Positions 1 through 10,221 of a DNA stretch of 54,595 nt are shown one piece after another. Below the pieces are notes generated by a model. The model was not told the origin of the DNA. It worked only from the letters and a program-made list of their open reading frames with translations, and did no database searches. Source of the stretch: a virus (Duplodnaviria > Caudoviricetes); the IMG/VR virus record IMGVR_UViG_3300027872_000007, positions 1 through 54,595 of that record. One strand, written 5' to 3'. Within the stretch, counting starts at the first letter, position 1; every line of letters begins with the position of its first letter. The translations under genes and the position numbers were made by a program.

Positions 1-3000
1 GTAGGATCAGCCTCCGGTGCAGGAAGATGATGCTTCTTGAAATTGACGCTATCGACAGCCTCTGCACCACTCCATCGGATGCCGTGCACCTCACCTTTGG
101 AGAAGTAGATCCTGCTCATGCCGCGCCTGGACGCTTCAGCGATCATGTGTTTGATCACTAATAACTGCCAGTCCTTCTCGAACGGCGCGAAGCTGTGACC
201 ATCAGCATATTGCTGATACTTGTTCTTTGACTCGTGGAAAGACAGGAGGCCCATCTCCATGCTGGCAACGTGTCTCTCATTTAAGTTGTAGTCAAATGGC
301 TCATAGCCCAAATTGGTCTCGGCATCTTCGGTCTCCAGATCCAGCTTCATGCTGTTCATCGACACTAAGCTCATGTGTCTGGCGAGCGATGTGAATGCTG
401 AGTAGAGATCCACAGCCCTAGCGGATGACCAAACGTCAGAATCCCTGCTAAGATTATCGACCACTTCATCCCAGGCATCTTTGATGTGAGTTTTATCCTG
501 GACATGCTGCCACTCAATCACACTGGACGGCATATCGTTCAGTTTGCGGGTCATGGCCTCAGCGTGTAAGTCCTTCCTGGCCTGATCAACAACTTCTCCC
601 TCCATCTTTCCCTCAACAGTACCGTCCCAGAGCGGAAGCTCAATCGCATCCTTTTCGACCTTCGACAAATTTTTCAACACCAGACGTGCCTGAGAATAAT
701 CACTGCTTATTTTTCCAGACCAGATGTCATCCAGTACGCCTGCCCAATTACTTCCCTCTTTAGTCGCAAGGCTCAAACGACGCTCGCTGACGCCAAGCTC
801 CTCGGCTCTATCCAGAACCATTCCATTGAACTCCTCCCTCGTGATCGTCCCAGCCAACAACTTCTCAGAATGCTTCGGCATCAACTCGCGATAAGCAGAA
901 AAGATAATGTTCTGAATATGGTTCAGCCCGGCAACGAATCCATGTTTCTCGAAAATAGCTGGCCGAAACTGTTCCTGACGAACCTCCTCCGTTGTAATCG
1001 CGCCTCCCTCCTTGGAATCGACAAACGCTTCAAATCGTGACAGCAGGTCCTTGGCCTTGCCGATGGCTACTCCAGTCGAACCAACCATCGTGGCTTTTAT
1101 CTGGACCGACATATCCTTAGTAACCGGCCAGGATTTCATCTCCTTGGTAGTAGCTTTCCTGTGAGCGGTGATCGCCTTCCACTGGGACTCGGCCTTTTCC
1201 TTCCACTTTTTCACTTGTTCTGGATTTTCAAGCGCCTGACTTCTGGCTTCCTCATACATCTCAGCGAGAGGGGTGCCATCGTAATCCTCGCCACCACCAA
1301 AGGTGCCATCACGATTGTCATAGTCTGGGGAGTAAGAGTGATCGGCCCATGCTTCGAGTAGCTTTTCTTTAACTGCATCACGGATCGACTGATGCCAGTC
1401 GGACTGCATCTCATCTATGTAGAACGCATCGTTACCATCCGGATCCTTACGAACATCGAAGCGCACATGAGCTACGAAATTATCCTCATTCTCCCAGTGA
1501 CCGCTCTCGCTAAAGATTTCCTGGTCAGGATTTTGCCAGCGGAACAACAGGACCTCGTAATCCTCGCCAGCAGGTTTGAGCATGTAGTCTTTCCAGGCAA
1601 AGGCTTTATTTTCGTAATGGTCGGTAGCAACAATCACAGCATTGTCAAAATCCGAATCGTAACCAATGTCACCCTCCTCCTCATGTTGAACCGAGAAGTC
1701 GCCATCATTATCGACACGGATCGAGTATTGCCCTGAATACCAAGTTGCATCCCGATTTTTCGTTTCCCAATCGGATCGTTCGTCAACGTAGTGATCTTCT
1801 TCAAGACTTTCAGTGGCCTGTTCGTTGGCCTGCTCCTCCATGTCATCGACAGAAGTACCATCCCAAACACCAAGAGCTACATTCAGCTCCTCGATGTCCA
1901 TGTCTTCTTCTTCTGGGATGTCCGGATCTGCTTCGAGGTCTGGATCCCAATTATGTTCCTGGTAAACTTCCTTCAATGCACTGGAGTAATAATCCTCCCA
2001 GTGTTGATCACGAATGGTCTCCCAGTGTTCGTACCAAGCATCCTCATCAACTTCCTCCTCCGAGTCAGGGTGTTGCTCATCGAAATCCGGCTTTCCATAC
2101 TCGTCGTCTCCACCTGGGTTCTTGACATCAATATCGACACCATTGCGCTCGATGTACGACTGGATTGAAGTAACCGGGATTTTCTTCGGCTTGGTTCCAC
2201 CGAACGCTTTGAGCTTCGCGGTCAATTCCGAACGCTGTTCCTGCATATTATTTAGGTCGCGCTGCTCAGTGACTGGCAGAAACTGTGTGTCCTCGTTATC
2301 AGCCTGCCACTGGCTCCGAAACGCATTGGCTGTATGATTGTACTCAGGAGCGCCAATTTTCTTCGACGTATCAGGGAACGCAGTATCGAAGGCTTCCAAC
2401 TGTAAGGTGTTGGCGCGTTTCAAAACGGACGTGATTTCTGCCCCCACTTCGCGTTGCTCTTTGAAGACCTCGAAAATGGGCCCTGGAAATAGAGACTCCA
2501 CATCCTCCATGCGATCGCCTATTGGCCAACCAGTATTAGCAGTCATGCTGTAGAGGTCGGCCCAGGTCGCATCCTCCAGCCAGGTTTCCAGGCCCATCCA
2601 GTCGATCTCGGTCTGCTTCATCTTGCCCTTCTTGATCTGGGACCTGATGAACTGCTTCCAGCCATCGGCGCTGGTGGACTTGGTGTCAGTCTCGTTGAAC
2701 GCCTTCCACACCGCTGAGTAGAAGTACGGGGCGCTAACATGACGCAGGCGACCTCGACGTTTGGCTCGCTGGTATCCACCAGGCTTTTGCACGAAGTCGC
2801 TCGACTGCGCGATGACTGCCATGAGCTGCCCGGTATTGAACATGGCATCCTGGCCTGTCATCCATCGCACCACGTCGCGCAGGGCCTCGATGATTCGATC
2901 CAGGAGCTGCTGCGCTCGCTGCTTGACTGTCTGGCCGGCAAGAACTCGCTGCGCGGTGTGAGCGATGAACTCCTCCGCGGCTATCCTGCGCTCGCTGATG

Positions 3001-6000
3001 TCATTCCAATCCAGATCGTATTGTTGAGTGACCTCCCTGACCTCTTTCGCGAACGACTTGGACACTGTGTCCATAAACTCATCGAATCGCCATGGCGGCA
3101 ATACCTGTCTGAGCCCGAAGTGGCCGACTACTTCATGCAGCAACGTCTCGATTGCCTCTGCCCTGGAAGTGACGTTGTTGGCGATGATGTAGATGTCGTC
3201 GTTAAACGCACCTTGGTCATACATTCCAGTCGTGTTTTTCTTCGAGTGGTCGTCCTCCATGGAAAGCTGAAGATGCCGCGGCAAGTCTTCGATTGACTCA
3301 ATAACTCTTACAGGCGGGACGGTACGAAACATCCGATATACTGGCCTCAGCGCACCTTGAAGGTCAGGCACCGAGTAACCTTTGCCAGCATTCGTCCTCG
3401 GTTTTTCAATGAACAGAGCGGCCTGCTTCGGAATCAATTGTTCTGCCGTGGCCATGAGCTTTGTGTCCGCCCTGTCAAGCCAGCCCTTAAATTCTTCCGT
3501 GGTCATCTCGACGTAATCGCCCAGTAGCCTGCCGCCATCACTGTAATTGCGGCGATAGCCTTTCAGCGCATCCTCGGTGCTGCGATACCCAATCATCACC
3601 TTATGTTCGTCGAAGTTCTCCGGACTTATTTTCTTTCTGGCATCCTTTTTCTGATTGATGACGACCACGTTCCCGGACTCCGGATACCTGCCAATGAAGG
3701 CATCGACCTGATCAAAGCCACCGTAGCCATCTCGTTCATTGCTCTCCGTACCCTTGATGTAGCCGTAGGCATCCTTCATCTTGATCGACCACTTGTTGCC
3801 CTGGCTGTCAGTTCCTGAGCGTGTGCCACCTTTTGCGTTCTCGATCGTTATCGGCAGACCGTCGATCGTCATGTGACCTTTCTTGTAGTTGCCGGCCTTT
3901 TTCTGCTCCTCGGTTGGCTCAGACTCTACCCGGCGCTGAGCAGCATCAAGACGAGCAGCAATCGAGCTTCGAGACTCATCCGCATCGGAGCGGAAGGTTT
4001 CCGTTTCTGAGATTTCGTCCTCCTCCATGACGATCTCGATCTCTGGTAACCGAGTGGCCTGATCAGCATTGAAAACCCGGTACTCGATCTCGTCGAAATT
4101 CAAACCCATGCCCTGATGAATGGCACCATCGAAACCTTTGTCCCTCATCTTCTGGACCATGGTCGCGTCATCGAGGAGCGTAGACACCTCCATGTACAAC
4201 TGATCGACACGCTCAGGTGCTTTTCGCAGCACTTCGGCGGGGCTCTCAAACTCTTGAGCGAAATTCTCCTCCCAGTTGTTGGTATTCATGATCCGATTGG
4301 AAAGTTCGATGTCATTCAGAATGTGCCTGACAGCAGCCTGTCCCAACTTCCTGCGGACTTCACTTATATCTATGAATGGATCGTTCTTCGAGTTGACGAT
4401 CGGTTTCTTGATGTTCAGCGTGTAGCCACGGACACGCGGATCACGAGCGATCCTGTCCCTGGTTCTATCGTTTGGCTCCTTCGCGTAAACCGTAGCAGTC
4501 GCTAGACTGCCAAACGACAATGAGCCAATACGAGTCTGAAACTCCGTATCCTGGCCTTCGCGTAATCCATGCTCACCGCGCCAGACAACGATTTTCTCGC
4601 CACCCTTATCGGTTACGTCTCCCTCCTCGCGCTCCTCTGCTCGAACCATGCGCTTCGGCTCGACAATATCAATTGCCTCTCCGGTCTTTCTGATCGTGAC
4701 CTCCTCACCCTCCATGATGATTTCTTCACCAGCGGCAGTGTCGCGAAGCGAGCTGAGCGCCTTGCGTCCCTTCGGCAACAACATGATTCGCTCGTCTGCA
4801 CCAACGAACCTTCCGTATCCGGCGTTTGTCAGAGTGTATTGTTCGTCGATGGTCAACGGGTCGCCGGCTGCGACACGCTCCAATAGATCAACATCGAGAT
4901 CAACCTTGACCAGGCCCAGCTCCTCAGCTTCCGCGTCAGAGATCTCCCCGGCCTGTTCAGATGGTGGCTTCGGCTTCGGCTTCCTGATTTTCTTGCCGCT
5001 ATCGTCTGTGGTCGGATCGTCTTTGTCGATCTCCTCTTGGGTCACATCCTTGTAGAACGGATGCACTACGGTCGCCAGGGATCCACCAACACCGAAGCCG
5101 ATGATGGCCGATCGCCTCAACATCGCGAGACCTTCCTCGGTCGTCGTAATCCAGATCAGTGCCTCACCGAAGGTCATCTCCTCAGTGATGAATCCCTTTG
5201 TATAGGCGTCCTGGATGAGCTGCGTAAGGGGCTCCTGAAGCGCCTCAGCACCACCGGCCTTCAAAAACCGCTTCAGTAGGGTGCCACCTCCCTTGGTTAA
5301 AATGCCGATCGGTATGCGTTCTGTGAGGACCTCAGCCGCGCCAAACACCATGCCATCGTTGACTGCTTGGCTGTGAGATCGTCCCTCAGCAATCGACTCT
5401 GCGTACTGATCAGCAAATACCTGGCCGCCCATGATCGCGGCGCCGGCATTTGCGCTCCTGGTCGCCGCTGCAACAATCAGCATCGGAGCCATGTTGATCG
5501 AACCCTCGATGATCGCTGAGGCGTAGTACTTAACTGAATCTTCCTGGACGTTTGGCGTATAGGTTTGAAGATAATCCCTTGCTTCCTTGCTTATCCGCAG
5601 CCCCTCCTGAAGCTCGGCATCCGCTCCGGCCTCTTTCAGCATCTCGCCATACAGCTCAGCCGGCTCCTTGCCCTGGACGTAAGCCTCCACCTCAAGAGCG
5701 AAGCTATCCTCCGGGGCAACGCCTTGATCGGACGCATGCTCCAATATGTACGCGAGATCTCGTGGCGCATTCAGGAACATCTTCGCGCCACCGTACTGGC
5801 GTTTGAACATCGCCGGCACGTTTGTCAGCGTATCCCACAGCACCATGCCCCAGGGATCTTCAGGCTTTTCTTCCTTTGCCTCCTCTGGTTCGTCGGGCTC
5901 ACGCTCTTTCCAAAGCCTTCTGGCTTCCATAATGTGATCGGAACGGGCCTGAGCTGCCTCGATGGCTTCTTCTTGTGTTGCGAAGTTCGGATGAATCCAG

Positions 6001-6674
6001 CCTTTCTTGGCCTGGCTCCTCGCATCCCTTATGGCTACCGGGTTGGGAACCTGCTTGCCATTGATGATCGTTGGGATATTGAAAAACCGGCCTTCATTCT
6101 CAACCGTGATGCTGATCTCGGTGGACTGGGAGCCGTCCTCGTTCTGAAGAAGCTGCCTGGTCGGATCAATAACAAAACCGTGCGGATCTTTGGGATATTT
6201 AATCCACTGCTCACGCTCTTTCTTCAGCCTACCTTCGGCTGATGGCCTGGCCTTGCCAGCGTCACCTGGGCGCAGATAATCGGTCAGTGCATTTTCGGCC
6301 TCAGTGTCCGGTGGCTCCTCCAGCCCGGCCCTTATTAGCGCCGAGTGCGGCGCCGGCTTTGATCCGCCAAAGCTAGTTGTACCGCTGCCGCGACCGGGGA
6401 AAGTCTCGCGATTAAGTTTGATGTTGTTTTTTGTGATCTGCCTGGCTTCTTCGCGTGTTGGCGCGTTCCGCCTGGCTTCCGTTTTGATGTCATCACGCCA
6501 CTCCTGAAATGAATCGAACGCACGACCGAAGAACCCTGGCTCGCTTGAGTCGCCAATATCAATGCGACTGACCGGAGACTCAGGATCTGGAGCTTCTTCG
6601 ACGAGAGACAGCGGAGCTGGAGCCTCTACCTCCTCCTCGTCGTCTTCTTCGGTTACGATTGAAAGCCCTGCCAT
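1..6674 (-). CDS. Giant polyvalent internal-virion/ejection protein (>=2224 aa, 3' end outside window) with ART-like, InPase and HExxxH metallopeptidase domains
   Basis: ATG at 6674 (MAGLSIVTEEDDEEE), 2 nt after the upstream stop. The frame was open wherever I translated it, down to base 3; it is absent from the ORF track, consistent with no stop in the window. Motifs: VVWRGEHG..KGFDGAIH..EYRVFNADQ; PTEEQKKAGNYKKGH..ITIENAKG..YGYIKGT..DEHKVMIG; LLHEVVGHFGLR; YIDEMQSDWHQ. Confidence 0.85.
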   Translation of the reverse strand, partial: MAGLSIVTEEDDEEEVEAPAPLSLVEEAPDPESPVSRIDIGDSSEPGFFGRAFDSFQEWRDDIKTEARRNAPTREEARQITKNNIKLNRETFPGRGSGTTSFGGSKPAPHSALIRAGLEEPPDTEAENALTDYLRPGDAGKARPSAEGRLKKEREQWIKYPKDPHGFVIDPTRQLLQNEDGSQSTEISITVENEGRFFNIPTIINGKQVPNPVAIRDARSQAKKGWIHPNFATQEEAIEAAQARSDHIMEARRLWKEREPDEPEEAKEEKPEDPWGMVLWDTLTNVPAMFKRQYGGAKMFLNAPRDLAYILEHASDQGVAPEDSFALEVEAYVQGKEPAELYGEMLKEAGADAELQEGLRISKEARDYLQTYTPNVQEDSVKYYASAIIEGSINMAPMLIVAAATRSANAGAAIMGGQVFADQYAESIAEGRSHSQAVNDGMVFGAAEVLTERIPIGILTKGGGTLLKRFLKAGGAEALQEPLTQLIQDAYTKGFITEEMTFGEALIWITTTEEGLAMLRRSAIIGFGVGGSLATVVHPFYKDVTQEEIDKDDPTTDDSGKKIRKPKPKPPSEQAGEISDAEAEELGLVKVDLDVDLLERVAAGDPLTIDEQYTLTNAGYGRFVGADERIMLLPKGRKALSSLRDTAAGEEIIMEGEEVTIRKTGEAIDIVEPKRMVRAEEREEGDVTDKGGEKIVVWRGEHGLREGQDTEFQTRIGSLSFGSLATATVYAKEPNDRTRDRIARDPRVRGYTLNIKKPIVNSKNDPFIDISEVRRKLGQAAVRHILNDIELSNRIMNTNNWEENFAQEFESPAEVLRKAPERVDQLYMEVSTLLDDATMVQKMRDKGFDGAIHQGMGLNFDEIEYRVFNADQATRLPEIEIVMEEDEISETETFRSDADESRSSIAARLDAAQRRVESEPTEEQKKAGNYKKGHMTIDGLPITIENAKGGTRSGTDSQGNKWSIKMKDAYGYIKGTESNERDGYGGFDQVDAFIGRYPESGNVVVINQKKDARKKISPENFDEHKVMIGYRSTEDALKGYRRNYSDGGRLLGDYVEMTTEEFKGWLDRADTKLMATAEQLIPKQAALFIEKPRTNAGKGYSVPDLQGALRPVYRMFRTVPPVRVIESIEDLPRHLQLSMEDDHSKKNTTGMYDQGAFNDDIYIIANNVTSRAEAIETLLHEVVGHFGLRQVLPPWRFDEFMDTVSKSFAKEVREVTQQYDLDWNDISERRIAAEEFIAHTAQRVLAGQTVKQRAQQLLDRIIEALRDVVRWMTGQDAMFNTGQLMAVIAQSSDFVQKPGGYQRAKRRGRLRHVSAPYFYSAVWKAFNETDTKSTSADGWKQFIRSQIKKGKMKQTEIDWMGLETWLEDATWADLYSMTANTGWPIGDRMEDVESLFPGPIFEVFKEQREVGAEITSVLKRANTLQLEAFDTAFPDTSKKIGAPEYNHTANAFRSQWQADNEDTQFLPVTEQRDLNNMQEQRSELTAKLKAFGGTKPKKIPVTSIQSYIERNGVDIDVKNPGGDDEYGKPDFDEQHPDSEEEVDEDAWYEHWETIRDQHWEDYYSSALKEVYQEHNWDPDLEADPDIPEEEDMDIEELNVALGVWDGTSVDDMEEQANEQATESLEEDHYVDERSDWETKNRDATWYSGQYSIRVDNDGDFSVQHEEEGDIGYDSDFDNAVIVATDHYENKAFAWKDYMLKPAGEDYEVLLFRWQNPDQEIFSESGHWENEDNFVAHVRFDVRKDPDGNDAFYIDEMQSDWHQSIRDAVKEKLLEAWADHSYSPDYDNRDGTFGGGEDYDGTPLAEMYEEARSQALENPEQVKKWKEKAESQWKAITAHRKATTKEMKSWPVTKDMSVQIKATMVGSTGVAIGKAKDLLSRFEAFVDSKEGGAITTEEVRQEQFRPAIFEKHGFVAGLNHIQNIIFSAYRELMPKHSEKLLAGTITREEFNGMVLDRAEELGVSERRLSLATKEGSNWAGVLDDIWSGKISSDYSQARLVLKNLSKVEKDAIELPLWDGTVEGKMEGEVVDQARKDLHAEAMTRKLNDMPSSVIEWQHVQDKTHIKDAWDEVVDNLSRDSDVWSSARAVDLYSAFTSLARHMSLVSMNSMKLDLETEDAETNLGYEPFDYNLNERHVASMEMGLLSFHESKNKYQQYADGHSFAPFEKDWQLLVIKHMIAEASRRGMSRIYFSKGEVHGIRWSGAEAVDSVNFKKHHLPAPEADP

Positions 6675-6676
6675 GG

Positions 6677-8005
6677 CTAATTCGCTTGCTCAACCTTGCC
6701 GTTTCGGATACGAACCTTGGTCTTATTCGATAACGTGTAGATCTTTCCTGGGACCATGCCGGCGCGAGCCTGGGAATCCATACCACTAAGCAGTCCATCA
6801 GGATCCTCGAAACCACCAGCCTTCTTGCTGCCGGTCTCGATGCTGCCGCTATTGATGATCTCCATGCGCCGCTCGACGAATCCTTGAGCTACTTCGAGCT
6901 GCTCATCAGGAGTCATCAGCTTCCAGCGTTTCAACTGTCCGGTGCTGGGAATACGATACCTTGAGCTGGCCTTATCTGGGTCCTCCAGGTTCTTCATCAC
7001 CCGATCAGTCTGATCGGCTCGCTCTAGTTCTGGGAACGCGACGTTTGCGCCGCCGCCTTTTGCGTATGCGAGCGCACGTCGCTTGCATGACTTCAGCGCA
7101 GAACCCTTGAGCCCCTCGCACTCCAGGCCCTCGTAAGCCATGCGATCAACTTCACTGGCAAACTTATCGGCATTCGCGGCCTGCACTGGTTCACCATCCA
7201 TCAGGACCGGCTTCGACTCACCACTTTGCTGATCGACGACGATAAAGTTGCCATCTCTGTCCGCCTTGACAACCGTATCCGCTTCCTCGGCTTTCTTGAT
7301 CTGGGCTTCCGTAAGGCGCCGTTTTTGTTCACGTTCTTCGGCTTCAGTTGCTGCCTTGGCTTTGGCTGTCTCACGCCGTTGATGGCCACCGAACGCCTGC
7401 ATGCCGGCTTGTCCAATGTCGCCAGCAATGGTGCCCTCTCCAGAGCCGGATGAGGCCATTAGGCTCAGCCCAAACTCCATTAAAATCAGTGCCTTCTCTT
7501 GCCTGGTCAGCTTGCCTTTCAGGTCCTTGGATTTCTTTTTCATCGTCGGATCGTTTTCGGATTTCTCCGGCTCGGTGCCCGTTATCTTGGCGTACTCCTC
7601 GTCAATGTTTGTGCCAGCCTTCTCCATTGAATCGATAGCAGAATTGACGGATTTCGGATCGGCTTTCTCTGCCATGCCGGCGAAGCTGTTCTCGCCCTTA
7701 TCGAACTCCGCGGTCCGATCTGGCTGTGCCTGGGCTTGTACAGGAGGCATCGCTGGCTGTGGCGCTTGACCTGGAGCATCGAAGCTCGGAGCTGGCGCTC
7801 CAGGCCCTGGTCCTACAGCCCCCTCTGGAGGCATCGATGCCATCGGCCCTGTTGGCGAGCCGCCTGCGCCGATAGGCTGCGCTTGCAACGGTGACTGCTC
7901 AGGAAGCGGAAAGGTTGTCGCGCCTTCCGGCTGTGGCTGGCCTCGAACAATGTCTTGCAACGCAGGAACATTCTGGGCCAGATATTCGTCGAGTAATTTA
8001 CCCAT
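6677..8005 (-). CDS. Putative internal virion (ejection) protein
   Basis: Likely start MGKLLDEYL at 8005, just after the upstream stop. P/Q-rich N-terminus and a G/A-rich LMEFGLSLMAS..IGQAG segment. Lies between ejection-type genes. Confidence 0.65.
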   Translation of the reverse strand: MGKLLDEYLAQNVPALQDIVRGQPQPEGATTFPLPEQSPLQAQPIGAGGSPTGPMASMPPEGAVGPGPGAPAPSFDAPGQAPQPAMPPVQAQAQPDRTAEFDKGENSFAGMAEKADPKSVNSAIDSMEKAGTNIDEEYAKITGTEPEKSENDPTMKKKSKDLKGKLTRQEKALILMEFGLSLMASSGSGEGTIAGDIGQAGMQAFGGHQRRETAKAKAATEAEEREQKRRLTEAQIKKAEEADTVVKADRDGNFIVVDQQSGESKPVLMDGEPVQAANADKFASEVDRMAYEGLECEGLKGSALKSCKRRALAYAKGGGANVAFPELERADQTDRVMKNLEDPDKASSRYRIPSTGQLKRWKLMTPDEQLEVAQGFVERRMEIINSGSIETGSKKAGGFEDPDGLLSGMDSQARAGMVPGKIYTLSNKTKVRIRNGKVEQAN

Positions 8006-8009
8006 AATT

Positions 8010-8909
8010 TTATTCCGTAGGGCCGTATAGACCGGCGCCCTGACCAGGTGGGCCGCCTTCTGCCGCACCTTGAGCCACCAATGACATGCCACCAGTGAAA
8101 TAAGCTGCCGTGACCGTTGCCGCTGCACCAAGGATCGCCTGGAACTCACCGCCTTCAGTGGATGTGGTCATGGTCTCGCCGTGTGGCACGGTACTGAGTG
8201 CAGCCAGGAGCGGCTGTAGATTGGTGATGTCCCAATCCCTGGCTTCAATGAACTGCTGATAATCGAAGTCGAGACCGGCCTGATCGAGAGATCGCTTCAG
8301 GCCACCTGTCACCAAGAGATTGTTCATCTCGGTTGAGAGCATTCGCTGACCTTCGGACCCAAGGTTACGGAACTGGTCCGAAGAAGCGCGAGCTGCTACA
8401 CGGTCCTGCTCGAATCGGTTCGCCGCAGACTCGAACGCCATGGCATAGCCACGCGCATATAGATCGGAGATCGCTTCCAGGCTCTTACCGCTGGCCTCGG
8501 ATGCGATGATTGCCGCCCTGGATCCACCGAAAGCGGAAGCCATGCCAGCTTCTTGCTGTGCCGTCTGTTTACGACGCAGACCTTCCTCGCGAAGCTCACG
8601 AGCTGCCGGCTCCAGTGCGCCCTTGATAAATGGATTCTGGTATGCCTCGATGTCAGCATCGAGGAAAGACTGACTGCCACGTTCGGCCAGCTCACGCGAA
8701 CGATCCAAGTCTGCCCGATAGGCTCCACCTTCCGTCGCGGCAAGATCATAGGCTCGCTGCTCGTTCGGATCGAACGAGGCAACACGCTGATCGGTAAATG
8801 GCGTATAGGGGCGCTGCGCGATGTCTCGCGCCATTCCAACCGCTTGCTGGCTACCCTGGCTCAGCCACGCTGGAATGTCCCTCTGTTGAACCTTCTTTTT
8901 CTTGGACAT
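8010..8909 (-). CDS. Internal virion / DNA-transfer (pilot-like) protein
   Basis: YQNPF, AFGGSR and QAGLDFDYQQF motifs plus a hydrophobic G/A-rich C-terminus, typical of podovirus ejection proteins. Confidence 0.7.
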   Translation of the reverse strand: MSKKKKVQQRDIPAWLSQGSQQAVGMARDIAQRPYTPFTDQRVASFDPNEQRAYDLAATEGGAYRADLDRSRELAERGSQSFLDADIEAYQNPFIKGALEPAARELREEGLRRKQTAQQEAGMASAFGGSRAAIIASEASGKSLEAISDLYARGYAMAFESAANRFEQDRVAARASSDQFRNLGSEGQRMLSTEMNNLLVTGGLKRSLDQAGLDFDYQQFIEARDWDITNLQPLLAALSTVPHGETMTTSTEGGEFQAILGAAATVTAAYFTGGMSLVAQGAAEGGPPGQGAGLYGPTE

Positions 8910-9399
8910 CGTTAGGTGCCCTCACAAAGTTGCCGCCACCATATTGGTAGCCCCTTCGCTCCATCAACTTGTCTTTCAAGTCGGTGTCGCGACCAGTCAT
9001 CAATCCGATAATGATTGGCAACCCTTTCCCTGTTGCCGGATCCACTTTCTCATCCGCAAACATCTCGACCATCTTCATCAGTTGGTCGGCAACATCCGTG
9101 TCTCTCCAGGTCTTTAGGACATAAGTCCAGTCGTTCTGCATTACCCAGTCGTCACTCCAATCGTCCCTGGCAATAGACATTCCAATGGCCGCGACGATCT
9201 GTTTTTGCTCCTTCGTTTCAGCTATGGCGACAAAGCCCCTATCGATCAGAGTTAAAACATGGAACATCTGCTTCGACTCGTTAATGCTGAGTGTCGAATA
9301 CCAGATGTCTTCCGCTTGCTCCTTTGCCGCTCTCCTCAGTAACTGAACGAGCTTTACTACATCGTCGGGCTGTGCCCTCCGAATGCTTACCTTCTTCAC
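8851..9399 (-). CDS. GNAT-family acetyltransferase-like protein
   Basis: IRRAQPDDV N-terminus, YVLKTWR..VADQLM, LMERRGY. Sits before the ejection genes, as in many podoviruses. Confidence 0.7.
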   Translation of the reverse strand: MKKVSIRRAQPDDVVKLVQLLRRAAKEQAEDIWYSTLSINESKQMFHVLTLIDRGFVAIAETKEQKQIVAAIGMSIARDDWSDDWVMQNDWTYVLKTWRDTDVADQLMKMVEMFADEKVDPATGKGLPIIIGLMTGRDTDLKDKLMERRGYQYGGGNFVRAPNDVQEKEGSTEGHSSVAEPG

Positions 9400-9423
9400 G
9401 ATGATCTCCTTTATCCGACTCCG

Positions 9424-10221
9424 CTATTTGCCAGGGCCACCTCGCAAGGCAAGCCACCGGCCAAAATTCAACAGTTTCAATCCTACATACTCGCCAAACG
9501 AGTTGGCTGCACTATGGTCCGCCAATGCCGCACCCCACACCGCTCCACCAATGGCGGCTGAGGATACACCAGTTATAGATGGAGCCACTGACGCTGCATA
9601 AGATACGGACGTAAACGCACTTGGCGCAATCGGAGATGCCGCGAAGCCAAACACTCGAATGGAATCGCCTGCTTGAAATAAATTGTCCAACCCGCCAGTC
9701 AGCCCATCGGTAGTGATCTGGATCCCGGAATCAAGCGAAGCCAACGTGGCCACTGAGCCGTCTGTCAGATTCTCCACCTGAAACTTGTCTAGCAGCTTGT
9801 CCTCAATGCCAAAGGTAATAAAACTCGCAGCAGAATCGATCAGGATGGTATTGGAATCAGCCCCAGTGTGGCTTCCGAAGTCCTCCAAGAAGGCAACCAA
9901 GTCACCCTCACCAACAACCATTAACTCAGTCGCCGGCCCTCCGCGAGCAGCGAATCTCAACTTGGCATTCTGGATTGTGGCAATGACCCCTGCCTGAAGA
10001 CCTGGCTGCACAGGGGTCTTGCCCTCGGTGTCGAGGATCTTGTCGTCATCCAGATTTTCCAGTGAATCATCAGCTTCCCCGGCTGGCAGGGTATTCGATC
10101 TCAGCGTGTCAACAAGATCCTGAACCGCCAGGGCTGCTGACGGTGGACTAACCTCGATAATTCGTGGACTGATTCGGCTGAATACCCCCCAATCAACAGT
10201 AATGTCTGCCCTTTCGGTCAT
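9424..10221 (-). CDS. Virion structural protein (tail-associated)
   Basis: 265 aa, overlaps the upstream stop (ATGA), lies in the tail module. Confidence 0.6.
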   Translation of the reverse strand: MTERADITVDWGVFSRISPRIIEVSPPSAALAVQDLVDTLRSNTLPAGEADDSLENLDDDKILDTEGKTPVQPGLQAGVIATIQNAKLRFAARGGPATELMVVGEGDLVAFLEDFGSHTGADSNTILIDSAASFITFGIEDKLLDKFQVENLTDGSVATLASLDSGIQITTDGLTGGLDNLFQAGDSIRVFGFAASPIAPSAFTSVSYAASVAPSITGVSSAAIGGAVWGAALADHSAANSFGEYVGLKLLNFGRWLALRGGPGK

